From positions 96,001 through 160,000 of the forward strand of contig CAWJTV010000012.1 in NCBI GenBank assembly GCA_963845755.1: a DNA stretch of 64,000 nucleotides, written 5' to 3'. Source of the DNA: an uncultured Planctomycetota bacterium. GTDB lineage: Bacteria; Planctomycetota; Planctomycetia; Isosphaerales; Isosphaeraceae. Below are positions 11,425 through 22,857 of the stretch, one piece after another; the first letter of the stretch is position 1; each line of letters begins with the position of its first letter. A model generated the notes under the pieces. The model was given only the letters and a program-made list of their open reading frames with translations. It did no database searches and was not told the DNA's origin. The position numbers and the translations under genes were made by a program.

Positions 11425-12546
11425 ATGGCGGCCTCGACTCCGGAACGACCCGTTCGCGTGGCATTCATCGGCACTGGTGCGGTCACGGCTTATCATCACC
11501 TGCCCGGATTGCGGCTGGATCGTCGTGCCGAGCTGGTGGCGATCTGCGATACGGACCCCGAGATCCTGGCTCGGCGCAAGGCGGAGTGGAAGGTGGAGCT
11601 GGCCACGACCGAGCCCGAGGAGCTGTGCCGCCGGGAGGAAGTGGACGCCGTGGTAATCGCCACTCCCAACGATACGCACCGGCCGATCGCCGTGGCCGCG
11701 GCGAGAGCCGGCAAGCACGTCATGTGCGAGAAGCCGCTCGGCCTGAACGCCGCTGACGTTCGCGCGATGTACGAGGCCGCCCGTGATGCCGGCGTGGTCC
11801 ACATGACCGCGTTCACCTATCGGTTCGCGCCGTCGATGCGATACCTGCGGCACCTGCTCAAGTCCGGGTCGCTCGGAACACCTCGCCACTTCCGCTCGCA
11901 ACGGTTCCTGGACTGGCCCGAGACGAGCTGGGGTTGGCGGCAGTATCGCGATCGGGCGGGAGCAGGCGACCTCTTTGACATGACGATCCACCGCATCGAC
12001 TTCGCCATCGACCTGCTGGGCCCGATCTCTCGCGTTTGCGGGGCCGTGGCACGGTTCGCACCCCGCGACCACACGGCCGACGGCCGGCCCTGTCCGCCCT
12101 CCGAAGTCGACGACTGGTCGTGCCTGATCGGCGAGTTCGCCGGAGGCGCCACGGGCGTCTGGGAGGGGACAACCCTCGCCAAAGGATATCATCGCGACGG
12201 CTTCGGTCACGAATGGGCCGAGATCAACGGCTCCGAGGGCTCGGCGGTGTACCGGCTCCACGAGCCCAACACGATCCTGCTCGGCAAGACCGGACAGGAT
12301 CTCGCCCCGGCAGCCGTCCCCGCCGAGTTCCTCAAGCCGGCGGCAAGTCCCCGCGACCCCAGCGTGGGACCGCCGGCAACCATCTTCCGCTACGACCTGA
12401 TGTGGGAGTTCATCTCGGCTATCGTTGAGCGCCGCGCGGCCGTGCCCAGTTTCTACGACGGTCTGAACGCCCAGATCGTGGCCGATGCCGTCCTCCAGTC
12501 CCACGCACAACGGATGTGGATCGACACGCCGCCGGCCACCATGTGA
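11425..12546 (+). CDS. Gfo/Idh/MocA family oxidoreductase
   Basis: 'VAFIGTGAV', 'AGKHVMCEKPLG' and 'GDLFDMTIHRID' motifs; RBS GAGGAG. Confidence 0.92.
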   Translation: MAASTPERPVRVAFIGTGAVTAYHHLPGLRLDRRAELVAICDTDPEILARRKAEWKVELATTEPEELCRREEVDAVVIATPNDTHRPIAVAAARAGKHVMCEKPLGLNAADVRAMYEAARDAGVVHMTAFTYRFAPSMRYLRHLLKSGSLGTPRHFRSQRFLDWPETSWGWRQYRDRAGAGDLFDMTIHRIDFAIDLLGPISRVCGAVARFAPRDHTADGRPCPPSEVDDWSCLIGEFAGGATGVWEGTTLAKGYHRDGFGHEWAEINGSEGSAVYRLHEPNTILLGKTGQDLAPAAVPAEFLKPAASPRDPSVGPPATIFRYDLMWEFISAIVERRAAVPSFYDGLNAQIVADAVLQSHAQRMWIDTPPATM

Positions 12547-12678
12547 GCGACGAGCCTTGTGAGGACTCGCGATTCCTCTGAGTCAGGATGCGACCGACGA
12601 AGGTGTCTGGTTCTCCGCCGGAATGTTCGCGGACTCGAGCACGCAAACGGCGGCTTCGCTTGATGGTTCCAAGCAACA

Positions 12679-12724
12679 GATCGCCCTGGCCGAATGAGGA
12701 CGGCTGTCCTCAGCCAGGGCGATC
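12679..12724. terminator. Strong hairpin between convergent genes, probable terminator
   Basis: GATCGCCCTGGC/GCCAGGGCGATC 12-bp stem plus inner TGAGGAC/GTCCTCA stem. Confidence 0.55.
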
Positions 12725-12738
12725 AAAGTCTCGGAAGA

Positions 12739-13347
12739 TCAGGCTCGGACACGAGCCGAATCGGTCGCAAGGAACTTCTTCCAGCTCTCAATCGACGGGC
12801 CATGTCCGGGGCCGTGCAGGGCATAGAGCGGCTTCCACTCGGGGCGTGCCGGGCACTTCCTGAGTTTCATTCCGGCCTGTTCGGGAGTCCGGTCGGCCTT
12901 GCGCGCGTTGCAGGTCACGCACGCCGCGACGCAGTTGGTCCAGCTCGACTGGCCGCCCTGCGAACGCGGGTTGACGTGGTCGATCGTCAACTCCTCGACC
13001 CCGGGCTGGGCGCCGCAGTACTGGCAGGTGTAGTGGTCGCGCTTGGCGACGTTTCGCCGGCTGAACGTGACCGCCGCCAGCGGGACCCGGTCGTAGTGCT
13101 GGAGCGCGATGACCTCGGGGACGCGGAGCCGGAGCCTGGCCGTCCGGATGCACGGGCCACCCTCGTGCGGCGACAGCGTCATCCACTCCTCCCAGGCGTG
13201 CAGCCGGTATTCCTCGGGATCGACCACTTTCGCCGAGTCGTTCCAGAGCATCACGAGCGCGCGAACCACCGTCGTGACGTGGATCGGCTGCCACGAGCGG
13301 TTCAAGACCAGCGTCGGCCGGCACAGGACTTCGTTCGATTGGAACAT
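12739..13347 (-). CDS. HNH endonuclease (McrA-like zinc-finger HNH)
   Basis: 'RDHYTCQYCG...LTIDHVNPRSQGG..SWTNCVAAC..CNARK'. Confidence 0.92.
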   Translation of the reverse strand: MFQSNEVLCRPTLVLNRSWQPIHVTTVVRALVMLWNDSAKVVDPEEYRLHAWEEWMTLSPHEGGPCIRTARLRLRVPEVIALQHYDRVPLAAVTFSRRNVAKRDHYTCQYCGAQPGVEELTIDHVNPRSQGGQSSWTNCVAACVTCNARKADRTPEQAGMKLRKCPARPEWKPLYALHGPGHGPSIESWKKFLATDSARVRA

Positions 13348-13510
13348 GGTCGTACCCCTTCGACAGCGTCGAGGCGCGGGGCCGGCCGCTCATTCAAGAG
13401 TCTCCTCGGTGCCGGCGGGTTGCCTCGCTCAACCACCTAGACGCTCGGACCCTCGATGGGGTTCGCTCGTAGCTCTTGGCTGAATGGCGAGTGCCAGCGA
13501 GACCGCGCGT

Positions 13511-14765
13511 TCAGGTGACCGTGCCGTGCTTCGTCGCGAACGCTTGCCATGCACCGCTCGCGCGGATCTCGACAATGGCGGCGATCGCCGCGTCGAGCTC
13601 GACGTCGCGACTGTAGAAGTGGGGCGAGAACCGGACCCCCGCCCCTGGTCGGTAATCGCAGAGGATGTCGAGGGACTTCAAGGTCTGCGAGATCTCATAG
13701 CCGTGCTCGATGTCGATCGCCACCGTACCGCCCCGGCGGGCGGGATCGCGCGGACTCGTGCAGCGATAGCCCGCGTCACCGGCCAGGTCCAGGAGTCGTT
13801 GGGTCTGCCGAACCGACTTGGCTCGGATCGCCTCAATTCCCACCTGCCGGACAATCTCCAGTCCAGGCCGTGCCGCGTAGAGGGCGGGGATGTTGGCCGT
13901 GCCGTGGAGGAAACGCCACCCGTCTCGACGTCGCACCAGTTTCGTCTTGAACGCGAACGGGTCTTCTTGAGCCATCCATCCCGTGAGTCGGGGCTCGAGT
14001 CGGTCACGGAGTTCAGGCTCGATCCACAGAAAGGCCGCACCTGGGCCGCCGCAAAGCCACTTCAGGCAGCCGCCAATGTAGATGTCGATCCCCATCGCGC
14101 GCACATCCACCGGGATCGTACCCACGGCCTGATAGCCGTCGATGACCGTGATCGCCCCGACCTCGCGCGCTTTCTCCCCAATCGCGGCGACGTCATGCAC
14201 GAAGGCCGATTTGAACAGGATGTGGGAAAGGGCCACCAGGGCTGTGTGCTCGTCGATCGCATCGATCACGCGTTCCGCGTTGAACCGAGATTCCATCCTG
14301 GGAAGATACCACGGTGACCTCGGCGCCGTCTCGACGTTTCTGATCGATCAGGTACAGGATCGAGGGGAAGTGCATCGCGTCGGTCACGATCTTCGCCCGA
14401 TTGGCGGGGAAATCGAAGGCGCTGAAGACGACGGCATGGGCCAGGGTCACGTTCGGTTGGAAGACGACCTCACCCGCGTGAGCCCCGATGAGCGGGGCCA
14501 GGAGGTCGCCCAGATCGGCGACGAGTGACCACCATGCGTCTTCCCAAGCACGGACTCCCCGAATCGCCCAAGCCTCGTAATACGCCTGGAGGCTCGCGCT
14601 GGCCGCCGCTGGCACGGCACCCAGAGAATTGCTGATCAAGTAGTTCGTACGTGAGAGAATGGGAAACTGCTCGCGCAAGGCCAGGAGCGGATCCGACGTC
14701 TCGGACCCGCGATCCGTGGAAATCCCGCACGCCGACCCTTCCCACTCGCCCGGCTCGTGATTCAT
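13511..14765 (-). CDS. Kynureninase-like aminotransferase class V (PLP); frameshift near 14290
   Basis: 'NYLISNSLG' N-terminus in ORF 14193-14765; 'DGYQAVG', PLP-lysine 'GGCLKWLCGGPG' and 'RFSPHFY' in ORF 13511-14296. Confidence 0.85.
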
Positions 14766-14888
14766 GATGACGAGACTCCCCCGATATCGATCTTACTGCG
14801 TAACCTGGACGGCTTACGGTGAAACTCGGCACGGTGATTGCAATTATCTTGTCTGGGTTCCAACACGATCCGGAATGGTGGTGCGACC

Positions 14889-15908
14889 ATGACGACAACG
14901 AGAACGCGAATCGCGACAGCGGTCTTGATGGTGATCGGGATCAGCCTCGGCGTCGTGAGGGGCGTCGAGGGCCAGGAGGTCAACCGGCCACAACCGGGGG
15001 CCGCCACCACGCCATCCGAAAGCACCCCGTCTGGGGGCATTCGGCCGGGTGGATCGACGGCGATGCTGACCGATCGGCCGGAGGACGAGAAGGCCCTCCG
15101 ATCGATTGCCGCGGCTTACGGCCGCGCCTACAACGCCGGGGACGCTCGCACGCTGGCGTCCCTGTTCCATGATGATGCTGAGATGATCGATGAGAATGGT
15201 GAGCAACTCCGCGGCCGGCCCCGGATCGAGGAAGTCTTCAAAACGATGTTCAAGGAGCGGCCGGGTGCGACCATCGCGATCTTCCCGGCTTCCCTCCGGT
15301 TCGTCGGTACGGACGTTGCGCTCGAGGAAGGCCAAACCCAGGTCAAGACGACCGGGGACGAACCCCCCTCGTTGCGACAGTACACCGTCCTCTATCTCAA
15401 GCAACGGAATCGTTGGCGGTACTCGCGCGTGCGGGAGGAGCCGGCGAAGGGACTGACTCATCATCAGCGCCTTCAAGAACTGGAATGGTTGGTCGGCGAC
15501 TGGCTCGACGAGAGCCCGGATTCGGTCGTGCATACCACCTGCCGATGGACCGAGGATCAGAACTTCCTGGTCCGGGATTTCACGATCCGTGTGCAGGGGA
15601 AACCGGTCATGTCCGTCCACGAGCGGATCGGCTGGGACCCGTCCACGCGACAGATCAAGTCGTGGGTCTTCGACTCGGAGGGAGGTCATGGGACGGGGCT
15701 CTGGAGCCGGAACGGGAGCGAGTGGGTGATCAAGTTGACCGGCATCATGCCGGATGGCCGGACCGCGACGGCGACCCATATCTTGACGCGCGTAAACTCC
15801 CAATCGGCCCGGTGGGCTTCCGTCGAGCGGACGGTCGGAGACCAGGTCGTGCCGGACCACGCCGAATATGTGATGGTCCGCCGTCCCCCCCAGGCGGGGA
15901 CGAAGTGA
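14889..15908 (+). CDS. Secreted SnoaL/NTF2-like (SgcJ/DUF4440-type) protein
   Basis: Signal peptide; 'AYNAGDARTLASLFHDDA' NTF2-like domain; second domain 'LEWLVGDW...IGWDP...SWVFDSEGG'. Confidence 0.75.
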   Translation: MTTTRTRIATAVLMVIGISLGVVRGVEGQEVNRPQPGAATTPSESTPSGGIRPGGSTAMLTDRPEDEKALRSIAAAYGRAYNAGDARTLASLFHDDAEMIDENGEQLRGRPRIEEVFKTMFKERPGATIAIFPASLRFVGTDVALEEGQTQVKTTGDEPPSLRQYTVLYLKQRNRWRYSRVREEPAKGLTHHQRLQELEWLVGDWLDESPDSVVHTTCRWTEDQNFLVRDFTIRVQGKPVMSVHERIGWDPSTRQIKSWVFDSEGGHGTGLWSRNGSEWVIKLTGIMPDGRTATATHILTRVNSQSARWASVERTVGDQVVPDHAEYVMVRRPPQAGTK

Positions 15909-15956
15909 GCAATTGCTAACGATCTCGCAACTCCAGAAATGCAGGCGGAGGTAGCC

Positions 15957-17642
15957 ATGATGGGTCGAGTCTTCGGCAAGCTCTTGGGCGTGCTCGCGAT
16001 CGTGAGCCTGGCTGGTCCCGCAATTGCATTTCACGGCGGGGGCGGTCATGGCGGTGGCGGCCACGGCGGAGGGGGGTTTCACGGCGGCGGCGGGTTCCAT
16101 GGCGGTGGCGGGTTCCATGGCGGTGGATACCACCCGGCCGGGAGTTTTCATCCGGCGGCTCCTGCGTTCAATCGCACGCCGTCGTTCAGCACGCCGCGGA
16201 GCTTCGCTCAACCGCGCTACGCCGCCCCGGCGATGCATGTCGGCGGCTTGCCGGCCGTCCATCCGGGCGTCGCTACGGGAGGAGTCATGCGTGGTGGGAC
16301 CATCGGTCAGCGGCCGCTCGGTATCAATCATCCCGCCGGCCGTGCCGGGAACGTCGCGATGAACCGAGTCAATTCGATCAACGCGATGAACCCGAATCGC
16401 CTGGCCGGCGTGCCGGGGATGGGATGGCATAACCCGTACCTCGGTTATCATCAGGGATGGGTCCATGGATACTGGAATGGCCATTATCCGAGTGGATGGG
16501 GCTGGCGCCGCGGCTACGGATATCCAGGCTACGGATACTGGGGCGGATACGGCTACCCCGGTTACGGCTTCGGTTATGGAGGTCTTGGTTGGGGACTCGG
16601 AGCCGGATTGGGACTGGGAATGGGTTATGGGTTGAGCTCTTGGCTGTACGGTCCCATGCTCTACAACTGGGGGTACGGAAACTACAATAACCCCTATTAT
16701 GGCGCCGGCCTTGGCGGTGTCACGACCGTGGCCACGCAGCCGGTCGTCTACGACTACTCTCAGCCCATTAACTCGACGGGGCAACCACCGGAGGAGACGG
16801 TTACGGACCAGGCAATGGCGGTGTTCGACCAGGCGCGTGACGCATTCAAACAGGAGAATTACACCGGTGCCCTCGACCTGGTCGACCAGGCACTTCGCCA
16901 ATTGCCCAACGACCCGACCCTTCATGAGTTTCGAGGTCTGAGCCTCTTCGCCCTCAATCGCTATGATGAGGCCGCGGCTGCGCTTTACGCTGTCCTGTCG
17001 GTCGGTCCCGGCTGGGATTGGACCACCCTGATCAACCTCTATTCCAAGCCGGAAACCTATACCCAGCAAGTCCGGGCTCTGGAGAGCTATTGTAGCCAGA
17101 ACCCCGAATCGGCGGCCGGTCGATTCGTCCTGGCCTACCACTACCTGACCGAGGGCCACACCGCGGAGGCCCTCTCCCAGTTGAAGGCGGTCGTCAAACT
17201 GCAACCCAAGGATCAAATCTCGGCCCAACTGATTCAACAACTCGAGCAGATTCAGAAGTCGCCATCGACCAGCCAGGAGGCCCAGGCTCCGATTCCAGGC
17301 CCATCGGTCCTGTCGGAAACCGCCACCACAGAAACCCCAGCCCAGGATGCCGCGAAGCAGGGAACGCTGACAGGGACCTGGATCGCCAAGCCCGCCGGGG
17401 ATACGACAATCATGGTCACGTTCCAGGATCAAGGGCGCTTCGTCTGGAAAGTCTCGCATCAAGGTCGAGACCAGCAATTCGAGGGGAATTCGAGTCTTGT
17501 CAATGGGATTTTGACGTTGGCCCAGGACCAGAACAACGCGCTTGTCGGCCAGATCAACTGGCAGGATGACCAGCACTTCCAGTTCAAGGTCCTGGGTGGA
17601 GGGCCGGGCGATCCTGGTCTTTCGTTCACGAAATCCTCTTGA
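15957..17642 (+). CDS. Secreted Gly/His- and Gly/Tyr/Trp-rich low-complexity protein with TPR domain
   Basis: Signal peptide, (GGGFH)n repeats, GYW-rich tract, TPR 'DPTLHEFRGLSLFAL...AALYAVLSVGPGWDW'. Confidence 0.8.
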   Translation: MMGRVFGKLLGVLAIVSLAGPAIAFHGGGGHGGGGHGGGGFHGGGGFHGGGGFHGGGYHPAGSFHPAAPAFNRTPSFSTPRSFAQPRYAAPAMHVGGLPAVHPGVATGGVMRGGTIGQRPLGINHPAGRAGNVAMNRVNSINAMNPNRLAGVPGMGWHNPYLGYHQGWVHGYWNGHYPSGWGWRRGYGYPGYGYWGGYGYPGYGFGYGGLGWGLGAGLGLGMGYGLSSWLYGPMLYNWGYGNYNNPYYGAGLGGVTTVATQPVVYDYSQPINSTGQPPEETVTDQAMAVFDQARDAFKQENYTGALDLVDQALRQLPNDPTLHEFRGLSLFALNRYDEAAAALYAVLSVGPGWDWTTLINLYSKPETYTQQVRALESYCSQNPESAAGRFVLAYHYLTEGHTAEALSQLKAVVKLQPKDQISAQLIQQLEQIQKSPSTSQEAQAPIPGPSVLSETATTETPAQDAAKQGTLTGTWIAKPAGDTTIMVTFQDQGRFVWKVSHQGRDQQFEGNSSLVNGILTLAQDQNNALVGQINWQDDQHFQFKVLGGGPGDPGLSFTKSS

Positions 17643-17772
17643 GGAGTGGTCACGTCCGCTTTCCGGAGTTAGAATCACTGACAGTCTCATCGAGACGATC
17701 GGGTTGGGTCCTATCGTGGGTAGGCGGGACCGGGTCGGTCGTCTCGTAGCATGGGACGAGGAGTCGGGTTCG

Positions 17773-18264
17773 ATGACATCCGATGCCGGCGTTTCGAATC
17801 CTCAGCTCGACCTCCGGAAAGCCGTCGAAGGTGGGGACGGGATCTCGGTAATCCGAGGCGGCGGTAACTGCCGGAGTTGGAATAACATCCAGTATCGCGT
17901 CGGATTGAGCGCCAAGAACGTCAGTTCCTCGAAGTTGTCGATGAATGTGGCGACGATTCCGCCGGGTGGTGTGGCCTACGCCCATATTCACGTAGGGTTC
18001 GAGTTGATGCTCTACATCCTGCACGGTCGCGTCCGGCATGAGTATGGTCCGGGCCTCCGGCAATCGGTCGAAAACGAAGCGGGTGACTTCATTTATATCG
18101 AGCCGGGCGTTCCCCACGAAGTGTTCAATCTGAGCGAGAACGAGCCGGTGGTCGCCGTCGTGGCCCGTTCCGACGCGAGTGAGTGGGAGAATATCGTCCC
18201 ATACGACCGCAATGGCGAATCGAGCGAGAGTCACCGACCACCATCGTCGAACGTTGGGTCCTGA
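17773..18264 (+). CDS. Cupin domain protein
   Basis: 'AHIHVGFE' and 'GDFIYIEPGVPH' cupin motifs. Confidence 0.85.
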   Translation: MTSDAGVSNPQLDLRKAVEGGDGISVIRGGGNCRSWNNIQYRVGLSAKNVSSSKLSMNVATIPPGGVAYAHIHVGFELMLYILHGRVRHEYGPGLRQSVENEAGDFIYIEPGVPHEVFNLSENEPVVAVVARSDASEWENIVPYDRNGESSESHRPPSSNVGS

Positions 18265-18532
18265 CCCTCCGAGTGGTAAGGAGTTTTTCCGAAGCCGACG
18301 GCTCGGCTCCGCGACGATCCATCGGGTCTTTCGCCGCCTCAACGGAGAGGCCAGACCAACACTCGTCCCTTCTCATCCTCGCCATGGGTCTTGCGTCTGC
18401 TCTCGACACGAGTACAATCCAAACAATTCCACCATTCAGCGAATACCCAGCAACCAGTAACGGACGAATGCCGGCTTGGGCGACGCGAAGACGACGTCAC
18501 TCGAGTCCCTACGGAGCGGAGGGTTCCTCGGC

Positions 18533-18892
18533 ATGCTCAAATTCACAACCCAGGAGGTGGATGGCGTGCTGGTCGTTGAATTCGAGGCGACCGACGACGC
18601 CGCAAGCGACTGGCAGTTCACTCAACGGGACTGGCTCTATAAGCTGGTGGAGTCGCATCCCGATTCGCGGTTCGCCATCGACCTGACCGAAGTCAATTAC
18701 CTGGCCAGCTCCGAGATCGGCTTTCTCGTCACACTCAAGCGGCGGATCGACCGTCGTCAGGGCCGCGTCGTGGTCTTCGGAGCGGGTCCCTACATCATGG
18801 ACCTGTTCCGGACGATGAATCTGGTCAAGATCCTCGACCTCGTGGACACCCTTCCGTCGGCGCTGGCCAAACTCGATCACGTGAATGCTTAA
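18533..18892 (+). CDS. STAS domain anti-sigma factor antagonist
   Basis: 'AIDLTEVNYLASSEIGFLV' STAS motif; about 119 aa. Confidence 0.85.
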   Translation: MLKFTTQEVDGVLVVEFEATDDAASDWQFTQRDWLYKLVESHPDSRFAIDLTEVNYLASSEIGFLVTLKRRIDRRQGRVVVFGAGPYIMDLFRTMNLVKILDLVDTLPSALAKLDHVNA

Positions 18893-18961
18893 ATCCTTCA
18901 ATCCTTGAATGCTTCGGGGCTTCTCCCGCGTCCTGAGGTTGGCAAGCGCGACCCCAGGTGC

Positions 18962-21083
18962 TCACGGACTCGAGGACCTGGCGGCTCTTGGGCGAACGGT
19001 CAGGAGGATCGGGGCGCTGGCATAGGCGGTCTTGACCACGAAATTGATCGATACGTGTCCCATGACGGCGATCGGGACCTTCTCGCAGGCCGGCGCACCG
19101 GGCGCCGCTTGCAGGATGATCCGGCCCTGGGTTTCCTTGGGTCCCAGCAGCGTCTTGCTTCCCGCGTCTTTCAGCGTGATGCCCGGCGGCAGAGGGTTGG
19201 CGTGAACTCCACCGAGGTGCTGGAGGATGATCGCCAGGTTGACGGGCTGTTGATACCGGGGGTTGCGGGTCACGGACACATCGATGGGCAGGGACTCTCC
19301 CGGGGCCAGAACCACCTCGGAGGGTTTGGCCTCGACCGTGATGTCAGAGGGATCCGTCACAGTCAGGGCAAGCGTTTCGACGGGAAAACGGCCGCGCCCG
19401 CCGCCCGGGAGGTAAATCTCTTCCCGGGGTTCCGCCGTGCGCGCGATCGGACCTGATGCACCATCGGCAGTCCCGCGGAGTGTCACGAGCGCCGAGGCGT
19501 GGCCGGCTCCTGGACGTGCGGATACCACGATGACGCCCTCGTTCATGGCGGATGAGATCGAGAGAGGGCTCGCCACGATGCCGGCAGGTAAGCCCTCCCA
19601 GGTCAGTCTCACGGCGCCGTTGAAGCCATGGCGCCTCGTCAGTTGGACGAAGACCGGAACCCGCCCACCCGGTCCCACGTTGATCTTGTCTGGGTCACAG
19701 GTCAGGAGGAAATCCGGACTGGTCGCCCCGGCGAGGAGCACGTAGCCGAATGTCGGGCCGCCCCGGTCGTGAAGGTCGGCGACCTGGAGCCGGTACGTCT
19801 CGTCTGCCGGCGCTTTCCACTCGATCCGGGCGTCCTTCCCGAGTCCGCGTACGTCGTCCGCTTCGCTAAGGACCTTCCCCTGGTGGTCGATCACACGCAG
19901 GACCGGGTCGCATTCCGAACCTGCGCGACTGGCAATCACCTCGAAGGCGAAGGTCTGACCCTTCCGGGCGATGAAGTCATAACCGTCGATGTCCCCTCGC
20001 GCGTCGAGTCGCCCGGAGATGGCTGCGGGAAGTTTGATCGGCTTCATCGGACCCGAGCCCGCTGGTGCGTCGGTCGATTCGGCGACGACCGGGTAATCCG
20101 TCACGAGGAAGGAAATCGGCCGTGAGCCGCCACCCGCCCTGAGCAGGGAGAAGAGGTGATCGCCCATCGCGGCGTCCTCGGGCACGTGCAGGTCGATCGT
20201 TCGCGCGGGATCAAAGCCGGGGCCCCGGACCTCGACGCGCGTGGTGGCACCCGGGTTCACCGCCATCGGAAAGACCGAGGTCGCAACCGGCCCCTTCATC
20301 GCGTGCAGCGCATAGCACCAGGAGACGTTGCCCGAATAGGTTGTATCCCGCATTTCGAGATAGTAAGTGCCCGCGGCCGGTGCCCGGAATGAGAGCAACG
20401 GGTCGCCCGCGTACGAATTATCGGCGACGGCCAGCTTGCGCCCCTGGCGTCGTGCAGCGTAAGGATGGGGTCGAGGTGAGTCTGCAAGTCGTGGATCTTG
20501 TTCTCGATCCGGTTACCCCAGACCTCGAAGCTGACCCATTCGCCTTTCTCGACTTCGAAGGCATACCAATCGACGTCCTCCACCTTGCCGACGCGTCCCG
20601 CAGCCACGGCCGGAAGGTTAAGACGCTGGCTGCTCTCGGGACGATCGTTGGCACGGTCGTCCTCCTCGAGAACGACTGGGTCGTCGACGACCACGACCAG
20701 ACCGACCGACGAGACGCCCTGGGGCGTGGCGACCCGGATCTCCCGTGGACCGAGCGGCGCATCGCGCGCGACCTCGAGCCGCGCCCGAACCTGTCCCGTG
20801 CGGCGCCGCCCTCGGCGCGAGCCGTCCCCAGCGCCGGCGGTTCCACCGGTTCGAATCGCACGGAGTCGCCACGCAAGCCCGGACTCTGGCAGAGCAACGC
20901 CCAGGCACCCTCGAAGTTCTCCTGGCCCGAGATGAGGAGTTCAACCGAGCAACCGCGCGTCACGGCAGTCGGCTCGACTCGAGTGGTCATGGGGTAAGAT
21001 GTCTGCGCTCGACTCGTGTTCGATAGCAGACACGCCCCACCGGCGACCGCGGCCATGATGATTCGGAACGGATGGACTTGCAT
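18962..21083 (-). CDS. Planctomycete PPC (pre-peptidase C-terminal) domain protein; split by several indels (about 20420-20830)
   Basis: Pieces 'EDVDWYAFEV..GEWVSFEV...LDPILTL' and 'DIDGYDF..RKGQTFAFEV...DPVLRV' lie in three overlapping ORFs; signal peptide. Confidence 0.75.
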
Positions 21084-21086
21084 GAT

Positions 21087-22778
21087 TCACCCCGACGGTT
21101 GCGTGGAAAAAGAGACGGGCTTGACCCGTTCACCTCGCAAAACTCGGACGATCGCGTCCTGCCGGACGGAAGCCGTTCTCGCCGGTTCCACGGGGAGAGA
21201 GTCATGGCCCGCCCGCCACTTCACGGTGTCGATCAATCTGGGCGAGCCGGCGATGTATCCCTCGGGAGAGGCAATCAGCCACTCGGTCTGCGGGGCCGCC
21301 GTTTCGGGGCTTGCCGAGGACACCAGGCTGGGGGGCTGGACGAGAAGCGCGATTAACCTGCCTGAGCCGGTGTCCCACAGCCGAACCAGACCGTCCCAGC
21401 CCCCGGCCGCGGCGACGCGAGCATCGTCGGTGATGGCGACCGAATACTGCCATTCGGTCGGGCCGGCGAGCTGTCGAAGCGATGCGCCGGTCGTGCCGTC
21501 CCAGAGCCGGACCGAGCGGTCTCCGCCCGCAGAGATCAACCGGCGGCCATCGCCGCTGAATGCAAGTTGATGGACGGGCCCGCCATGTCCACCCCTCCGC
21601 GACACGGGCTTGTCGCCGTCGAGGGTCCACCAGCGGATCTGCGGCTCTTCACCCGCCGTGACAAAGCGCGTGCCGTCCGGATGCGCCGCCAGGGCCATGA
21701 CATCCTGGCTATGGCCGCTGTAGGTATGCTCCTCTCGGAGAGACCGGACGTCGATCCGTTTGATCGTCCGGTCCTTGCCGGCCGTCAGCACATGCCGACC
21801 ATCTGGGGTATAGGCCACCGCGTAGACGAAATCGGAATGACCTTGAAATGTCCCGGTAGACCGGCCCTGTCCGAGATCCCAGAAACGCACGGTCTGATCG
21901 AAGGAGGCCGTGGCGAGCTCGGCGCCGTCGGGCCGCAGGGCTAGTGCGAAGACCACATCATTGTGGCCGGAGAAGTCGTGAATCTGCTTGGCGTCCGGGA
22001 CCGAATAGATCCGAGCCACACCCGACCGTGCCGGCAAGCCGGCTCCGACGGCCAATCGTCGTCCATCGCGACTGAATGCGAGGGCATGCACCGGTCCCGG
22101 AATCCCGAGGATCACGCCCGCAGGCTGGCCGTCAACGAGATCCCAGAGCACGACCTGACCATAAGTCCCCACGGCCAGCAGCCGGTTGTCGCCGCGGAAC
22201 GCCAGGGAACGCACGGCCGGCAACGGGCCGGCCGACACGACGATTGCCATCGGGCCGCCCCGAGTCGTATTCAACGTCTTCGGTGGGACCTTGACATCCG
22301 TGGGAATCACGACGTCCAGCGCGGGGCCTCCTCGCGGCGATCTCGTCGGAATGCCGGCCGTGACCTCGGGGACACTGGCCTTCTTCGCGGATCGGATCCC
22401 TCGCGGCGCACCGGCATCGATCCAGCGGCCGATGAGTTCGCGCTGAGATCGGGGTAGAGGGTCTTCCTGCAGTGGCATCCGCCGATCCTCGTCCGCGTCC
22501 GCGAGTCGGCGCACCAACTCGCTCTCGGCCGATCGGCCCGGTACGACCACCTTGTGACGCTTGGTCCCCGCCAGGATCGCGTCGAACGTGTCGAGCACCA
22601 GTCCGCCCGAGAGGTCGGGGTCCTCTCGATGCTTGACACTGTGGCAAATCGTGCAGCGCCGGACGAGGATCGGCTTGATTTCCCGCTCGTACGTCGGGGG
22701 TGTCGGCTCCGCAGCGCATACGGAACCCCCCGGCCCCGCGAGTCCGGCTAGGAGCCCGGCCAGTGCGGTTCTGAGCAT
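21087..22778 (-). CDS. Planctomycete cytochrome c (PSCyt1-type) + WD40 repeat protein
   Basis: Heme motif CTICH, 'RRMP...WIDAGA', then about seven GH..WD repeats. Confidence 0.85.
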   Translation of the reverse strand: MLRTALAGLLAGLAGPGGSVCAAEPTPPTYEREIKPILVRRCTICHSVKHREDPDLSGGLVLDTFDAILAGTKRHKVVVPGRSAESELVRRLADADEDRRMPLQEDPLPRSQRELIGRWIDAGAPRGIRSAKKASVPEVTAGIPTRSPRGGPALDVVIPTDVKVPPKTLNTTRGGPMAIVVSAGPLPAVRSLAFRGDNRLLAVGTYGQVVLWDLVDGQPAGVILGIPGPVHALAFSRDGRRLAVGAGLPARSGVARIYSVPDAKQIHDFSGHNDVVFALALRPDGAELATASFDQTVRFWDLGQGRSTGTFQGHSDFVYAVAYTPDGRHVLTAGKDRTIKRIDVRSLREEHTYSGHSQDVMALAAHPDGTRFVTAGEEPQIRWWTLDGDKPVSRRGGHGGPVHQLAFSGDGRRLISAGGDRSVRLWDGTTGASLRQLAGPTEWQYSVAITDDARVAAAGGWDGLVRLWDTGSGRLIALLVQPPSLVSSASPETAAPQTEWLIASPEGYIAGSPRLIDTVKWRAGHDSLPVEPARTASVRQDAIVRVLRGERVKPVSFSTQPSG

Positions 22779-22857
22779 CGTCAAACCTCGGGGCTGATGC
22801 CCCGAGCGATAAGAGACCGCTCCGAACTCGGGGGTCGAATCCATCTCCGGCTCGCCT

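Noticed and set aside
12547..13510. HNH gene as an IscB/TnpB-like RNA-guided or homing element
   Set aside because: Only 202 aa with no RuvC motifs, no element ends and no large structured RNA evident; the flanking hairpin fits a terminator.
16040..16130. Tandem GGCGGC-type DNA repeats
   Set aside because: Fully explained by the encoded (GGGFH)n peptide.
14844..17690. 948-aa minus-strand ORF and similar long antisense ORFs (33045-35009, 57963-59339, 59491-61044)
   Set aside because: Shadow ORFs opposite well-supported genes in high-GC DNA, with no recognisable motifs.
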